Source: Vampirovibrionaceae bacterium NZW_1234
GTDB taxonomy: Bacteria; Cyanobacteriota; Vampirovibrionia; Vampirovibrionales; JAGQHJ01
Direction of reading: 5' to 3'
DNA: 64,000 nt
NCBI GenBank assembly: GCA_041697335.1
Contig: JBGUGD010000009.1
Location: forward strand, 8,029 to 72,028
Shown here one piece after another: positions 39,314 to 48,871 of the stretch. The translations under genes were made by a program, and so were the position numbers. Positions within the stretch are counted from its first letter, which is position 1; every line of letters begins with the position of its first letter. The notes beneath the pieces are model-generated. The model ran no database searches. It saw nothing but the letters and a program-made list of their open reading frames with translations, and was not told the DNA's origin.

Positions 39314-39925
39314 TTAAGCACCCATCCGAGCGTCACGAATGCCGCCCAGGAGCAAGCTGGCAAACAGTGCTTGCGGCAACTGGCTCAAAGGATTCGGACT
39401 GCTCATGGCTTGAGGGCTTTGAACAAATGTTGGTTGAACTTGATAGGCCGAGGTTCCCCATTGCATTGGACGAGGCTGCTGTTGTCCGGCAAGTTGGCCA
39501 AAGATTCCAGCTAAGCCGCCAAAGAGCATTTGCATGGTGCGGGGGTCTAATGCTGCCGCAGGCGGTTGTTGGCCCGTGGGATAGGACGGCTGCATCGGAT
39601 AGGATGGCTGCGTCGGATATGAAGGCTGTGTTGGATATGAAGGCTGGGCCGGGTAGGAGGGGTAACTTGGCTGGTGTTGGTGGTGCGGCTGCCAGGGTTT
39701 ATGCTGATGCTGCACCGGATAAAAAATCGGTTGTTGAATAATGAGTGTCGGTGGCACGGGGGCCGGAGCCGGAGCTGGAGGCGTATAGGTCGGCTGCTGC
39801 TGATAGGGTGGAATGACGACCGGAGGTTGTTGAACAACATAGGGTTGACCTCCGCCATAAGGATTAGCGCCACCTTGAGAAGGGTAACCTCCATAAGCTT
39901 GGGATGGGCTTGAGTTGCTAAACAT
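39314..39925 (-). CDS. Pro/Gln/Tyr-rich low-complexity protein
   Basis: 203 aa, GAGGAG RBS, QPSYP repeats with synonymous codon variation. Confidence 0.8.
   Translation of the reverse strand: MFSNSSPSQAYGGYPSQGGANPYGGGQPYVVQQPPVVIPPYQQQPTYTPPAPAPAPVPPTLIIQQPIFYPVQHQHKPWQPHHQHQPSYPSYPAQPSYPTQPSYPTQPSYPMQPSYPTGQQPPAAALDPRTMQMLFGGLAGIFGQLAGQQQPRPMQWGTSAYQVQPTFVQSPQAMSSPNPLSQLPQALFASLLLGGIRDARMGA
39575..39673 (-). repeat. Coding 18-bp tandem repeat (QPSYPx, about 5 copies)
   Basis: QPSYPS...QPSYPTQPSYPTQPSYPMQPSYPT in the translation. Confidence 0.85.
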
Positions 39926-40003
39926 TGCTGAAACTCCTCACATGTCTTCTCTCAACACATTACTATTCAATGTCGGGAACAGTAACTACTCTCTATATTT
40001 ATA

Positions 40004-40031
40004 TAAAAACAATCTTAAGAGATAATTGTGA
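40004..40031 (-). promoter_or_regulatory. Putative alternative-sigma promoter TCACAA-N15-GTTTTTA
   Basis: About 80 bp upstream of 39925; motif shared with five other loci. Confidence 0.6.
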
Positions 40032-40349
40032 TAGAGTGTTGCTATATGTAAATCTGAATTTGCTGAATTGTTTTTCGTTGAAAAGCTTGCTATAAGGCTT
40101 TTTATTGGAAATCTTATGAATCCGGAAAATGAAACAAAGCATAAAAATTGGCAGTGTTATGTAATTATTTCTGCATGGTCTGTAAAAAGCGACGAAACAC
40201 AGTATATGGTTTTCTACCAGAATTAACGCAAGAAAAGAAAAAACCCTCTCAGGTCATGAGCGGGTTGTTCAGTGTGTGATAATGTGTGTGGGGGATATGA
40301 AACGGTATGTTTGGTGTAAGAAAATCTATAAAATGATTCTAATCCTGAT

Positions 40350-42026
40350 CTAGTACTGCGGCGGTGGAGCCGGTGTCGGCGTCGGACTCGGTGAGGGTCC
40401 TGGCGTCGGCGATGGGCTTGGGGACGGCCCAGGGCTCGGCGTCGGGCTAGGACTCGGTGAGGGTCCTGGCGTCGGTGATGGGCTTGGAGACGGACCAGGG
40501 CTCGGTGAGGGTCCTGGCGTCGGTGATGGGCTTGGAGACGGGCCAGGGCTCGGCGAAGGTCCGGGTGCTGGTGTTGTTCCACCACCACCGCCACCACCGC
40601 TTACTGGGGCAGGCGCTGGAGATACGGGTGGGTTCACCGGTGCCGGAGCAGCTACGGGAGTCTCCGCTTCTGCTTCCGCTGCTTCTTTACGCTTACGGAT
40701 CAAGTCAATAATCACCAGGACGAGGGCAAACATGGCTCCAGAGTTTTGTTGTGGCGGCTTAGGCTGTGTACCTCCTGGTTTTGGAGCGCCTGGCTGCTGG
40801 CCTTTGATCTTCTCCAAAAGCATCCGGATGAGTTGCGGATCCAGCTGGGGTTGAACAGGGGCAGGCTGTGGCATAGGCTGAGGCATGCTTAAACCAGGTG
40901 GGATTTGACCTGATGGCCCGGGATTATAGGGAATATAAACGGGCTGGAATAAGACTTGTGGTTGCTGAATTGGCGGTTGTGTCGGGGCTGGCAATCCCAT
41001 GATCATGGGAGGTTGCTGACCCATACCAGGCATTCCTGGAAAACCGCCCATTGGTGGCTGTTGACCGAATCCTGGCATTGGGGGGAAACCGCCTGCCATG
41101 GGAGGTTGCTGGCCGAAGCCTGGAACCTGTGGAAATCCACCTAAGGCGGGTTGCTGACCAAATCCGGGAACTCCTGGGAATCCGCCACCCATCGGAGGCT
41201 GACCCATACCGGGCATACCTGGGAATCCACCACCCATTGGAGGCTGGCCCATGCCTGGGAATCCACCGCCCATCGGGGGCTGGCCCATGCCAGGGAATCC
41301 GCCACCCATCGGGGGTTGACCCATGCCAGGGAATCCACCGCCCATCGGGGGTTGACCCATGCCTGGGAATTCACCACCCATTGGAGGCTGGCCCATGCCA
41401 GGGAATCCGCCACCCATTGGAGGCTGGCCCATGCCAGGGAATCCACCGCCCATCGGGGGTTGACCCATGCCTGGGAATCCGCCACCCATCGGAGGCTGCT
41501 GACCTAGACCTGGGAATCCACCGCCCATCGGGGGCTGCTGACCTAGACCTGGGAATCCACCGCCCATCGGGGGCTGCTGACCCATGCCTGGGAATCCACC
41601 ACCCATCGGAGGCTGGCCCATACCTGGGAATCCGCCACCCATCATGGGAGGTTGCTGTTGTTGTGGTGGTGGGAAGAAACTACCGCTGCCCATAGGAGGT
41701 TGCTGCTGCATGGGCGGGAAGAAACTACCACTGCCCATACCCGGTTGCTGCATGCCTCCGAGGCCAAGACCGGACATGCTTGGGAAACCGCCACCAAAGA
41801 AGGTGGGATTCTCAAACGTTTGTAATGTGGTTGGTGCCTGGTAGTTGGTCCCGAAATCCGGGAGGTACTGCATCGCACCAGGACCATTATTTAAGGCAAT
41901 ATTTAAACCAATATTTAAATTCTGCTCATTCCCGTAACCTGACACATCACCATAAAAGGTACCCGTGTTCACCTGATTCATGTTTATGGGAGGGGAGAAA
42001 GAAATATTGTTGACGTAAGATCCCAT
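40350..42026 (-). CDS. Pro/Gly/Met/Gln-rich repeat protein with a hydrophobic segment and Ser-Pro tail
   Basis: 558 aa, AGGAG RBS. Repeats are conserved at protein level with wobble variation. Confidence 0.85.
   Translation of the reverse strand: MGSYVNNISFSPPINMNQVNTGTFYGDVSGYGNEQNLNIGLNIALNNGPGAMQYLPDFGTNYQAPTTLQTFENPTFFGGGFPSMSGLGLGGMQQPGMGSGSFFPPMQQQPPMGSGSFFPPPQQQQPPMMGGGFPGMGQPPMGGGFPGMGQQPPMGGGFPGLGQQPPMGGGFPGLGQQPPMGGGFPGMGQPPMGGGFPGMGQPPMGGGFPGMGQPPMGGEFPGMGQPPMGGGFPGMGQPPMGGGFPGMGQPPMGGGFPGMGQPPMGGGFPGMPGMGQPPMGGGFPGVPGFGQQPALGGFPQVPGFGQQPPMAGGFPPMPGFGQQPPMGGFPGMPGMGQQPPMIMGLPAPTQPPIQQPQVLFQPVYIPYNPGPSGQIPPGLSMPQPMPQPAPVQPQLDPQLIRMLLEKIKGQQPGAPKPGGTQPKPPQQNSGAMFALVLVIIDLIRKRKEAAEAEAETPVAAPAPVNPPVSPAPAPVSGGGGGGGTTPAPGPSPSPGPSPSPSPTPGPSPSPGPSPSPSPTPGPSPSPSPTPSPGPSPSPSPTPGPSPSPTPTPAPPPQY
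40353..40565 (-). repeat. Coding ([10 protein letters not shown])n Ser-Pro repeat
   Basis: About 70 aa made almost entirely of P/S/T/G at the C-terminus. Confidence 0.85.
41000..41655 (-). repeat. Coding 36-39-bp tandem repeat G(Q)[11 protein letters not shown], about 13 near-perfect plus 3 degenerate units
   Basis: GGGAATCC(A/G)CC(A/G)CCCAT recurs every 36-39 bp on the + strand with no unique spacers. Confidence 0.92.
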
Positions 42027-42090
42027 GATCTACTCCTAACTCTCTTATCTTCTCTGTGTGACAACACAAGGTCTAACTCTCTTATGAATA

Positions 42091-42117
42091 TAAAAACAAT
42101 ATTTATGAGTCTTGTGA
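42091..42117 (-). promoter_or_regulatory. Putative alternative-sigma promoter TCACAA-N14-GTTTTTA
   Basis: About 65 bp upstream of 42026. Confidence 0.6.
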
Positions 42118-42223
42118 TATTTCGTAAACATTTATTACACATGGAGGCAGAACACGCACGGCGAAAAGCTTAGCGCTGATCGGTCATTGACTATGATCAA
42201 ACAGATGCGAGAGAAATCGCGAT

Positions 42224-43732
42224 TTAAACGTTCACGAAACGGGTTTGGGTTTGCCCTTGTAATGCTTTAAAGGGGCTGTTTTGAGCAGTCATTTGAAAGC
42301 TTCCCAACGGGGAGGGTTGAGGTTTTACAGGGGCTGGTTTTTTCATGTCGTTTTTGAATTTCTCGGGCACCGGGCCGCGAATACGAGTCAGGAACATAAA
42401 GGCCGTGCTGGCGACAAATGCACTGAGGGCAGCAAAACCGGTTAATGCAAAGGATCCGAGATAGCCAAGCCGCTGAACGAAGGGTAACTTGCTGACCAGC
42501 ATAAAGGTGGCAGCTGCGGGAATAATACCCAGATACGCCGGGGCAATCATTTCACGTGACGTCCCGCGCTCTTTCACCAGTTGACGCTGGTAGGGTTGCA
42601 GGAACTTGGCGTCAAAGGTGTTGGCCAACAGACCGTACATCAGGAAGACGCCGATGATGCTGATAGGCAGCTTCAACCAGAAGCCACTGCCTTCAAAGAC
42701 TTTGGCCAATTTCACCATCTTCAGTTTGCTGGCGCCCAACTCCTTGAATAAATTGGCTGTGGCGGGCGAAACCTGTTTTTCATGGCGAAACAGCGGAAAG
42801 ATGATGTGCTTGTTGACTTCCTGCACCAGTTGTTCCGGTGTGTAGTTGGGTCCCTTGAAGAACTTGCGGAGCCAGCCGATGGGATTGCGGGTAAATTTAT
42901 AGGAGTCGCCTTTAATGTAACGGACCAGTTGAACGTCGTTCATGGAAGCCAGTTTTTTAATGAAGGTGCTGTTCTTTGTGGCCGGATGTTTCGCCAGCAT
43001 GTTAAGGCGGCGGCGTAGGGATTGCAATGCGTTATCACTGGCTTCTTTCAATATTTTGGCACTATCTTGCTGGTTTTTTCCCTTGAGGGATTTCCGGACA
43101 TTGCTCATGACCTGACTTTCATCCAGCTTGTTGAACAGGCTGAAATACCGCTCTTGGCGCCCCAGGTGCTTTTTCAGCAACCTGGCTTCTTCCTTGGACA
43201 GATTCAAATGTTTATCAATGTACTGTGGGGTGTTCATGATCCGGCGCAGATGTTTGGCCAGATCCTGGGTTGCCGTGATTTCTTTTTTAATTTCCTTGTG
43301 CAGGGCGCGGTTCTTGGGAGAGTATTGCACTGCTTCTTTCAGCTTGGCTTGTAGCGCCGGGATGTCACTGGTTTCCAAAAGATCGGGAACCATATAGTAA
43401 CTGCGCGAACTGACAATACTCCCCATCATTTTGCCTCGCAGGCTCTTGGGGACTTCTTTCAGGCCAAGCTTGTCCAGTTCCAGGAATTTCATAAACTGGG
43501 GCATGACATAGATCTTTTCCGCCCAACGGTAAGTGCATTCCATGACATAGGCATTGGCCCAGGGCATAAACGTATCCCGCCACAGGTAGTCGATTTTCCG
43601 ATCGTTGGGGACGGCTTGGGGCATGCCGAAATCTTCGGACGACACCCGGGCAATGCCTCGGATATAGGAACCAAAGTTCCCCATCTGGGTCAGAATACGG
43701 CCAGCCATAACCGGGTTTACGAGGAAGTTCAT
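42224..43732 (-). CDS. Hypothetical Lys-rich multi-pass membrane protein
   Basis: 502 aa with three C-terminal hydrophobic segments; 4-bp ATGA overlap with the upstream gene. Confidence 0.75.
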   Translation of the reverse strand: MNFLVNPVMAGRILTQMGNFGSYIRGIARVSSEDFGMPQAVPNDRKIDYLWRDTFMPWANAYVMECTYRWAEKIYVMPQFMKFLELDKLGLKEVPKSLRGKMMGSIVSSRSYYMVPDLLETSDIPALQAKLKEAVQYSPKNRALHKEIKKEITATQDLAKHLRRIMNTPQYIDKHLNLSKEEARLLKKHLGRQERYFSLFNKLDESQVMSNVRKSLKGKNQQDSAKILKEASDNALQSLRRRLNMLAKHPATKNSTFIKKLASMNDVQLVRYIKGDSYKFTRNPIGWLRKFFKGPNYTPEQLVQEVNKHIIFPLFRHEKQVSPATANLFKELGASKLKMVKLAKVFEGSGFWLKLPISIIGVFLMYGLLANTFDAKFLQPYQRQLVKERGTSREMIAPAYLGIIPAAATFMLVSKLPFVQRLGYLGSFALTGFAALSAFVASTAFMFLTRIRGPVPEKFKNDMKKPAPVKPQPSPLGSFQMTAQNSPFKALQGQTQTRFVNV

Positions 43733-44862
43733 GCGTTAACCCTCCGCCCGGTTGGGACCGATTGAATGAGCGAATTCATACGCTTCTGGAAGCCCGTGGC
43801 ATCATCGTCATCATCACCGGTTTTGGGTTTGAGCTTGGTCTTGGGTACCAGGTGCTTATCCAGAGGGGCGATAAACATAAAGACCAGCTTTTGCAGGAAG
43901 ACGCCGACAACAACGGCCATCAGGAGTGCGGCAGCCATAACCGACATGATTTTGGTGGACGAGATCCGTTTGGAAATCTGCTCAATGCTATCGATTTTAC
44001 GAATCAAATTCTTTTGCCAACCTTTCTTTCGGGCAGCCTGGAGTAACTGATCCTCGGCACTGAGTCCGCCCGTCAACAGGCCGGTCAACTTCGAGGGATT
44101 CTTCCAGAAATACGTGATCCGATTCATCAAGCCTTGCGGTGCCGGATTGATTTTCGGGCGATTTTTATCGGTAAAGAGTTTATTGATGAGGGAATTTTTG
44201 TAGACAATCAGCTTGTTCTGTTCATTCACATCAATTTTGGACCATAAGGCTTTTTCGGCTGCTTTCGCCAGTTCAGCGGAACGTTTTGCCGGGTCTCCGC
44301 TTAGTTTAACGCCCAAGGGGCTCAGATTGATTCCGGCTTCTTGGGCGATGGCAAGATAATTGGCGGTGGGACGCATCGAGTTGACGGTGGTTAACAAGAA
44401 CTGCTTGGGGTGTTTCACGAAATACATCAGGCGGTACATGGGATTGTTCTTCATTCGAAGCAGTTCTGCCTGGGGCACAATAGTATTCACCGGGACACGG
44501 GGCTTCATAAACTGATTAAACCCGGGGTTAAAGCCGTATTTGTCGTGCTTACCGACCAGCGTTACACCCAGCATGCCAAGCCAGATGACGATGTTCCGGC
44601 CCCACGTTTCAAAGGGGTGCTGGCGGTACTTGATGGCCATAATGCCTTGAGGAATGTAGATGGTCCAGACCATCAGGCGGTTTGAAAAATCTTCGATGGA
44701 CATCCCGCCCACGTTCACATTGACGGGCTGGGGCAATTTCTGGAATAACCAGTCCGAAAGTCCTGCGGAGAAACGCGTATGAGTGGCTTGCTGTGGCTGT
44801 GGCCGAAGCGCATGTCCCCCTTTGGTGTTATTTCCCGGTAAGGTAATACCCCGTGTTAGCAT
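43729..44862 (-). CDS. Hypothetical membrane protein with an RFS-ending leader
   Basis: 377 aa with 2-3 hydrophobic segments. Confidence 0.75.
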   Translation of the reverse strand: MLTRGITLPGNNTKGGHALRPQPQQATHTRFSAGLSDWLFQKLPQPVNVNVGGMSIEDFSNRLMVWTIYIPQGIMAIKYRQHPFETWGRNIVIWLGMLGVTLVGKHDKYGFNPGFNQFMKPRVPVNTIVPQAELLRMKNNPMYRLMYFVKHPKQFLLTTVNSMRPTANYLAIAQEAGINLSPLGVKLSGDPAKRSAELAKAAEKALWSKIDVNEQNKLIVYKNSLINKLFTDKNRPKINPAPQGLMNRITYFWKNPSKLTGLLTGGLSAEDQLLQAARKKGWQKNLIRKIDSIEQISKRISSTKIMSVMAAALLMAVVVGVFLQKLVFMFIAPLDKHLVPKTKLKPKTGDDDDDATGFQKRMNSLIQSVPTGRRVNA

Positions 44863-44906
44863 AGAATAGCCTGTACTCTGTCAGTGTTATCTTGCTCTTA
44901 TACAGG

Positions 44907-44934
44907 TAAAAACAGAACAAAGAAAAAATTGTCC
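44907..44934 (-). promoter_or_regulatory. Putative alternative-sigma promoter GGACAA-N15-GTTTTTA
   Basis: About 45 bp upstream of 44862. Confidence 0.55.
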
Positions 44935-45022
44935 TGAACGGGGAGTATTATCCCAAGAAGGAAGGCTTTCCAAAAGTAAATTTCCGTAAAGTCCTTGTGC
45001 CCCAAGGGTATTGCCATGTTAA

Positions 45023-45066
45023 GCTGTTGCCATAAAACTGCCACATTGGCATTTTATGACAACAGC
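45023..45066. other. Long imperfect inverted repeat (terminator or operator)
   Basis: GCTGTTG-C-CATAAAA-C-TGCCA-cat-TGGCA-TTTTATG-A-CAACAGC. Confidence 0.55.
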
Positions 45067-45119
45067 ACCGTAAATCGGATGGGAGATAGGCACCTTGCCC
45101 AGAGGCGAATGGGGAAATC

Positions 45120-45395
45120 CTAGTTTCGTTGGGTTGGAATGTAATAGGTTTTGGAACGAGTTTGCGCCAATTCGGCGTTGACCATATCGGAAATCAACCC
45201 CAGGCTTTTGATAAATGTCGTGGACGTTGCAACCACCACCAGGATAAAGGACAGAAAAGCCAGATCCGTTGGCGGATGAAAACCCAGGGAAAAGGGATTC
45301 ACATGAATGAAGGTCATGGCAATGTAGGTATAAAAGAAAATAATAAATGTGCCGTAGGTAATGTCCAAGACCAGACTAATGAGTTTCGGAATCAC
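45120..45395 (-). CDS. Small two-TM membrane protein
   Basis: GTG start after CAGGAGG; two hydrophobic helices. Confidence 0.65.
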   Translation of the reverse strand: MIPKLISLVLDITYGTFIIFFYTYIAMTFIHVNPFSLGFHPPTDLAFLSFILVVVATSTTFIKSLGLISDMVNAELAQTRSKTYYIPTQRN

Positions 45396-45500
45396 AAGCA
45401 GCCTCCTGAAAACAGATCGCTATCCTCGAACAACGCATCAAGAAACGCCAGGTACATCCATGTACCGACAAGTATAGCTTTGGGACTGAAGAACAACCTT

Positions 45501-45700
45501 GGCGTACTGCTCATATACCTCCGTTTCTGGAAAATCAAACGTGGGACACCCCCCTCATGTCATGAAAATTCACATGCAACTTCCCGGACTGGGCAGCGTC
45601 ATGGATGACATCGCTTCACCGAGCTGTCCTGACGTTCGGGTTAGCCCATCTGTGGCTCCCGACCCAAGGGGGCGGAGTGTGGTAAAATGCAAGCAGCGGT
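45501..45700 (-). ncRNA. ssrS: 6S RNA (cyanobacteria-type), candidate
   Basis: About 200-nt intergenic rod. 5' GCTGCT..CAT..TAC..CTCCG pairs with 3' CGGAG.GTA.ATG.AGCAGT, CCCCCT pairs with AGGGGG, and there is an inner ACGTCA/TGACGC hairpin. Contains GGGAGC and GGTGTCCCAC...AAACGGAG segments recalled from 6S RNAs. Needs an Rfam RF00013 check. Confidence 0.65.
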
Positions 45701-45832
45701 TGTCCTTCTTACCTGAAGGCAAAAATAAGTCATCATTTCCTGACCGCATTGACAGAGGTAGAATAGATCCCGGGTTGGTTTTCCGTCTCACCCTAGCCCG
45801 TTGCAGACTGGAACCTGTCGCAGAATAGAAAT

Positions 45833-46993
45833 ATGAAGAAAGAGCCTTTTATGACCACAACCTTGCCTAGACATCGTTCATTCCTATTAAGCGCATTGTT
45901 TGCCGTATCCCTGTTTCTGACGCCTGCCGCATTGGCAGAGGCTCCTTCTCTACCTGCGACCTCTCACGCTTGCACCAAGGACATCACCGTCTATTTACCG
46001 GAAGCTATTCCTATTGTAGGTGTCGATCCTCAGTCGCAACAGGCCAAAGATCTGGTTCATGTCTACAATGATCTGCTGAAAGCTTCCAACGAGCACAATA
46101 TTACCGAAATCTTGAAGCTGTACAATCCCAAGTTCATCAGCGGCGACAACCTGAACCTGGAACAGCTGAAAAGTATGATTCAGGAAACCTGGCAATCCTA
46201 TCCGGGGATCTGCTATCAGTCCAAGCCGCTTGAAATTCGTGTTCATGGCGATTGGGCCACTATCGAGAGCCTGGATCACTCCTATGCGACGGCTCCGCCG
46301 GATAAAGACGTGATCAACGTACCCGGTAAAATGGTCAGTCATTCCCGCAGTCAACTCTTTCTGCGACGCATCGGCAGCAGCTGGGAAATTATGAGTGACG
46401 CGACCATTTGGGAAGAAGCCACCATCCGCTACGGTCTGGCCGATGACCTGAAAATCGTGTTATCGGCGCCTGAACAGGTGAAAGCCGGTGAAACCTACTC
46501 TGCAACCATTCAAGCCAACCTGCCGGAAGGCACCTTTACCCTGGCCACCATCGATAACGAGCCGACGATATACCCGCACCAGAAAATTGATGACAAGTTC
46601 CGGGCCTTGAACAATGAAACCAACCAACTTCAGCGGGTGCTTCGTGCCAATACCACAAACCACAACGAAATTGTCACGGCTACCCTTGGTTTAACCACGG
46701 TGGAGCAATCCAACCCCGAACGCCCTTCGCTTTCCCTCAGCGGGATTGCGACCATCGTGAAGCGGGTCAATGTGGTTCCCATCTCGGCGGAAGACGTTAT
46801 GGCCGAAATGAAAAAACAGGAACTGGTCCGGACCTCGGCCAATGGGAAGTTTAACTTCAGCGATCAGACCTCGTCACCCAACAATGCCAACAATGTCGCT
46901 CCCAAAACCCCAGTGAATGGAAGTCTGGAAGTCCAGCCTCTGGAGAGTTCTCCTGCAAAAAACGGCAGGTCGGAAGAGGACGCTGAAGACTAG
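45833..46993 (+). CDS. Secreted NTF2/SnoaL-like domain protein
   Basis: Sec signal ending ALAE; NTF2-like pattern (LLKASNEHNI..ILKLY..KF.SGD...WEI). Confidence 0.6.
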   Translation: MKKEPFMTTTLPRHRSFLLSALFAVSLFLTPAALAEAPSLPATSHACTKDITVYLPEAIPIVGVDPQSQQAKDLVHVYNDLLKASNEHNITEILKLYNPKFISGDNLNLEQLKSMIQETWQSYPGICYQSKPLEIRVHGDWATIESLDHSYATAPPDKDVINVPGKMVSHSRSQLFLRRIGSSWEIMSDATIWEEATIRYGLADDLKIVLSAPEQVKAGETYSATIQANLPEGTFTLATIDNEPTIYPHQKIDDKFRALNNETNQLQRVLRANTTNHNEIVTATLGLTTVEQSNPERPSLSLSGIATIVKRVNVVPISAEDVMAEMKKQELVRTSANGKFNFSDQTSSPNNANNVAPKTPVNGSLEVQPLESSPAKNGRSEEDAED

Positions 46994-46996
46994 TCA

Positions 46997-47512
46997 ATGT
47001 CCCAGAGCCCGGTAAATCTCAAGGTGAAGCTCAAGCCAACCATTCGTCACGACCACTGGATTTCCTTCGGTTTTGCTGCCCTGGTCTATGGTCTGGACGC
47101 CCTGTCCAAGGCCTGGATCATTCGGGCCCTGCAGGCCGGGGAGAGCCAGCCTGTGATTCCGGGGATTTTTCACATCACCCGGGTTCATAATACCGGCGCC
47201 GCCTTTAGTATGTTTTACGAGCATCCCGAAGTCCTGACGTTGGTCTCAGGGCTTCTGCTGGTTGCATTTCTGGGCTACATGCTTACCAAACCCAAGCTTA
47301 GCCGGGCGGAGATTATGGGATTCGGCTTTGTCATCGGCGGGGCCTTTGGCAATCTCATGGATCGCATTCGCCTGGGGGCGGTGACGGACTTTCTCGATGT
47401 GGTTGCCATTCGGTATCCCGTGTTTAATTTGGCCGACGCCTTTATTTTGATGGGCGTCGTGGTGTTAATGGTCGCGTATGTCAAACAGTTCAATCAATCT
47501 GCTTGTCGCTGA
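46997..47512 (+). CDS. lspA: Lipoprotein signal peptidase II
   Basis: NTGAAFS, GAFGNLMDR, VTDFL and FNLAD. Confidence 0.96.
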   Translation: MSQSPVNLKVKLKPTIRHDHWISFGFAALVYGLDALSKAWIIRALQAGESQPVIPGIFHITRVHNTGAAFSMFYEHPEVLTLVSGLLLVAFLGYMLTKPKLSRAEIMGFGFVIGGAFGNLMDRIRLGAVTDFLDVVAIRYPVFNLADAFILMGVVVLMVAYVKQFNQSACR

Positions 47513-48419
47513 GGATGCCGACGGCGAACGGGTCGATCGGTTTTTGGCCGAAAGCCTGCCTCAGTATTCCCGAGAATATCTCAAGCAACTGATTTCCCAG
47601 GACTGCCTTCAGGTGAACGGCAAGACGGTCACCAAACCGGCTTTTGCCCTGACCGAAGGCCAGGAGTTGACGCTGTCGGTTCCGGAGCTCAAGCCGCTGA
47701 CGCTTTCTCCTGAGGAGATTCCGGTGGAGATAATCTTCGAGGACGAGCACCTGCTGGTGGTGAACAAGCCCTCGGGAATGTTGACCCATCCTTCGGGCAA
47801 AGAATTGACCGGGACATTGGTCAATGCCCTGCTGCATCATTGTCATGGGCAATTGTCTGGGATCAACGGCATTGAGCGCCCTGGGATTGTTCATCGCCTG
47901 GATCGCCAGACCTCGGGATTGTTGATGGTGGCCAAGAACGACATCGCACACAGGGGCCTTCAGGATCAACTTCGAGATCGCACGGCCAAGCGTCAGTACC
48001 GGGCGATTGTTCAGGGGGAAATGCCCGAGCTTCAAGGCGTGGTGAATGCTCCTATCGATCGAAACCCTCAGAAACGGGACAAGATGGCGGTGATGCCTGG
48101 CGGACGATCCGCCGTCACCCATTGGGAAGTTACGGACCCGATTGGTCGCAAGATGACGGTGCTTCGGCTGACGCTGGAAACCGGGCGAACCCATCAGATC
48201 CGGGTACACATGGCCCATATCGGGCATCCGGTTTTTGCCGATCCGCTCTACGGGTCCGGCTTGGAGAAGCAGCTCAAGTACAAATGCGATGGCCAGATTT
48301 TACAGGCCTTTCGTTTGCAGTTTACCCATCCCGTCAGTGGCGAGGCAATGAGCTTTGAGATTCCGCCGGACGACAAATTCCTTCAGGCATGGGCCTTTCT
48401 GGATGCATGGATTCAATAA
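47478..48419 (+). CDS. rluD: RluA/RluD family 23S rRNA pseudouridine synthase with S4 domain
   Basis: RVDRFL S4 domain, NKPSG, HRLDRQTSG and TGRTHQIRVH. Confidence 0.93.
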   Translation: MSNSSINLLVAEDADGERVDRFLAESLPQYSREYLKQLISQDCLQVNGKTVTKPAFALTEGQELTLSVPELKPLTLSPEEIPVEIIFEDEHLLVVNKPSGMLTHPSGKELTGTLVNALLHHCHGQLSGINGIERPGIVHRLDRQTSGLLMVAKNDIAHRGLQDQLRDRTAKRQYRAIVQGEMPELQGVVNAPIDRNPQKRDKMAVMPGGRSAVTHWEVTDPIGRKMTVLRLTLETGRTHQIRVHMAHIGHPVFADPLYGSGLEKQLKYKCDGQILQAFRLQFTHPVSGEAMSFEIPPDDKFLQAWAFLDAWIQ

Positions 48420-48481
48420 TGTCCTTTGGGTAAAATGACAGCATCGTCACAGGCAATACTGGCAAGAAAAGGAAGACCGTC

Positions 48482-48862
48482 ATGGCAATTGCAAAATCGT
48501 CGATCTTGACCGGACTGTCCGTTGTATTTGCGGTCGCTGCCGTCCTCTTGGTGGCGCAGAACTGGGCCGGAGAGATGTCGGTGATGTTTTTGGCCAAGTC
48601 CTGGGGGCCTTATCCGCAGGGTCTGGTTCTCCTGAAACTTTTTGCCCTGGGTGCCCTGGCCGGGTTGTGCCTTTACTGGAACAGCCGCACCCAATACAAC
48701 CGCGAGATTAAGCACTTTGAACTCCGCCGTGAAAAAGCCGAAGTGAAGGCCGAGGCCTCCACCGATCAGGTCCGGGTGCTGGAGTCCAAAATTCAAACCC
48801 TGGAGAAAGCCTTGGAACAAGCCCTTTCTTCCGGTTCGACAACCAAAAAGGACAGGTCCTAG
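48482..48862 (+). CDS. LapA-like membrane protein with C-terminal coiled coil
   Basis: TM-QN-TM pattern followed by a heptad-rich tail. Confidence 0.6.
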   Translation: MAIAKSSILTGLSVVFAVAAVLLVAQNWAGEMSVMFLAKSWGPYPQGLVLLKLFALGALAGLCLYWNSRTQYNREIKHFELRREKAEVKAEASTDQVRVLESKIQTLEKALEQALSSGSTTKKDRS

Positions 48863-48871
48863 GAAGACGGC

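Noticed and set aside
41000-41655. 36-39-bp repeats as a CRISPR array
   Set aside because: The units are contiguous with no unique spacers, vary at wobble positions and encode a peptide repeat; no cas genes are present.
45029-45045. Sigma-54 promoter (TGGCAGTTTTATGGCA, minus strand)
   Set aside because: The GG-N10-GC spacing fits but the -12 element lacks TTGC, and the related copy at 23358 lacks the GC.
45499-45828. Short ORFs on both strands
   Set aside because: They overlap the structured RNA candidate and show no protein-like features.
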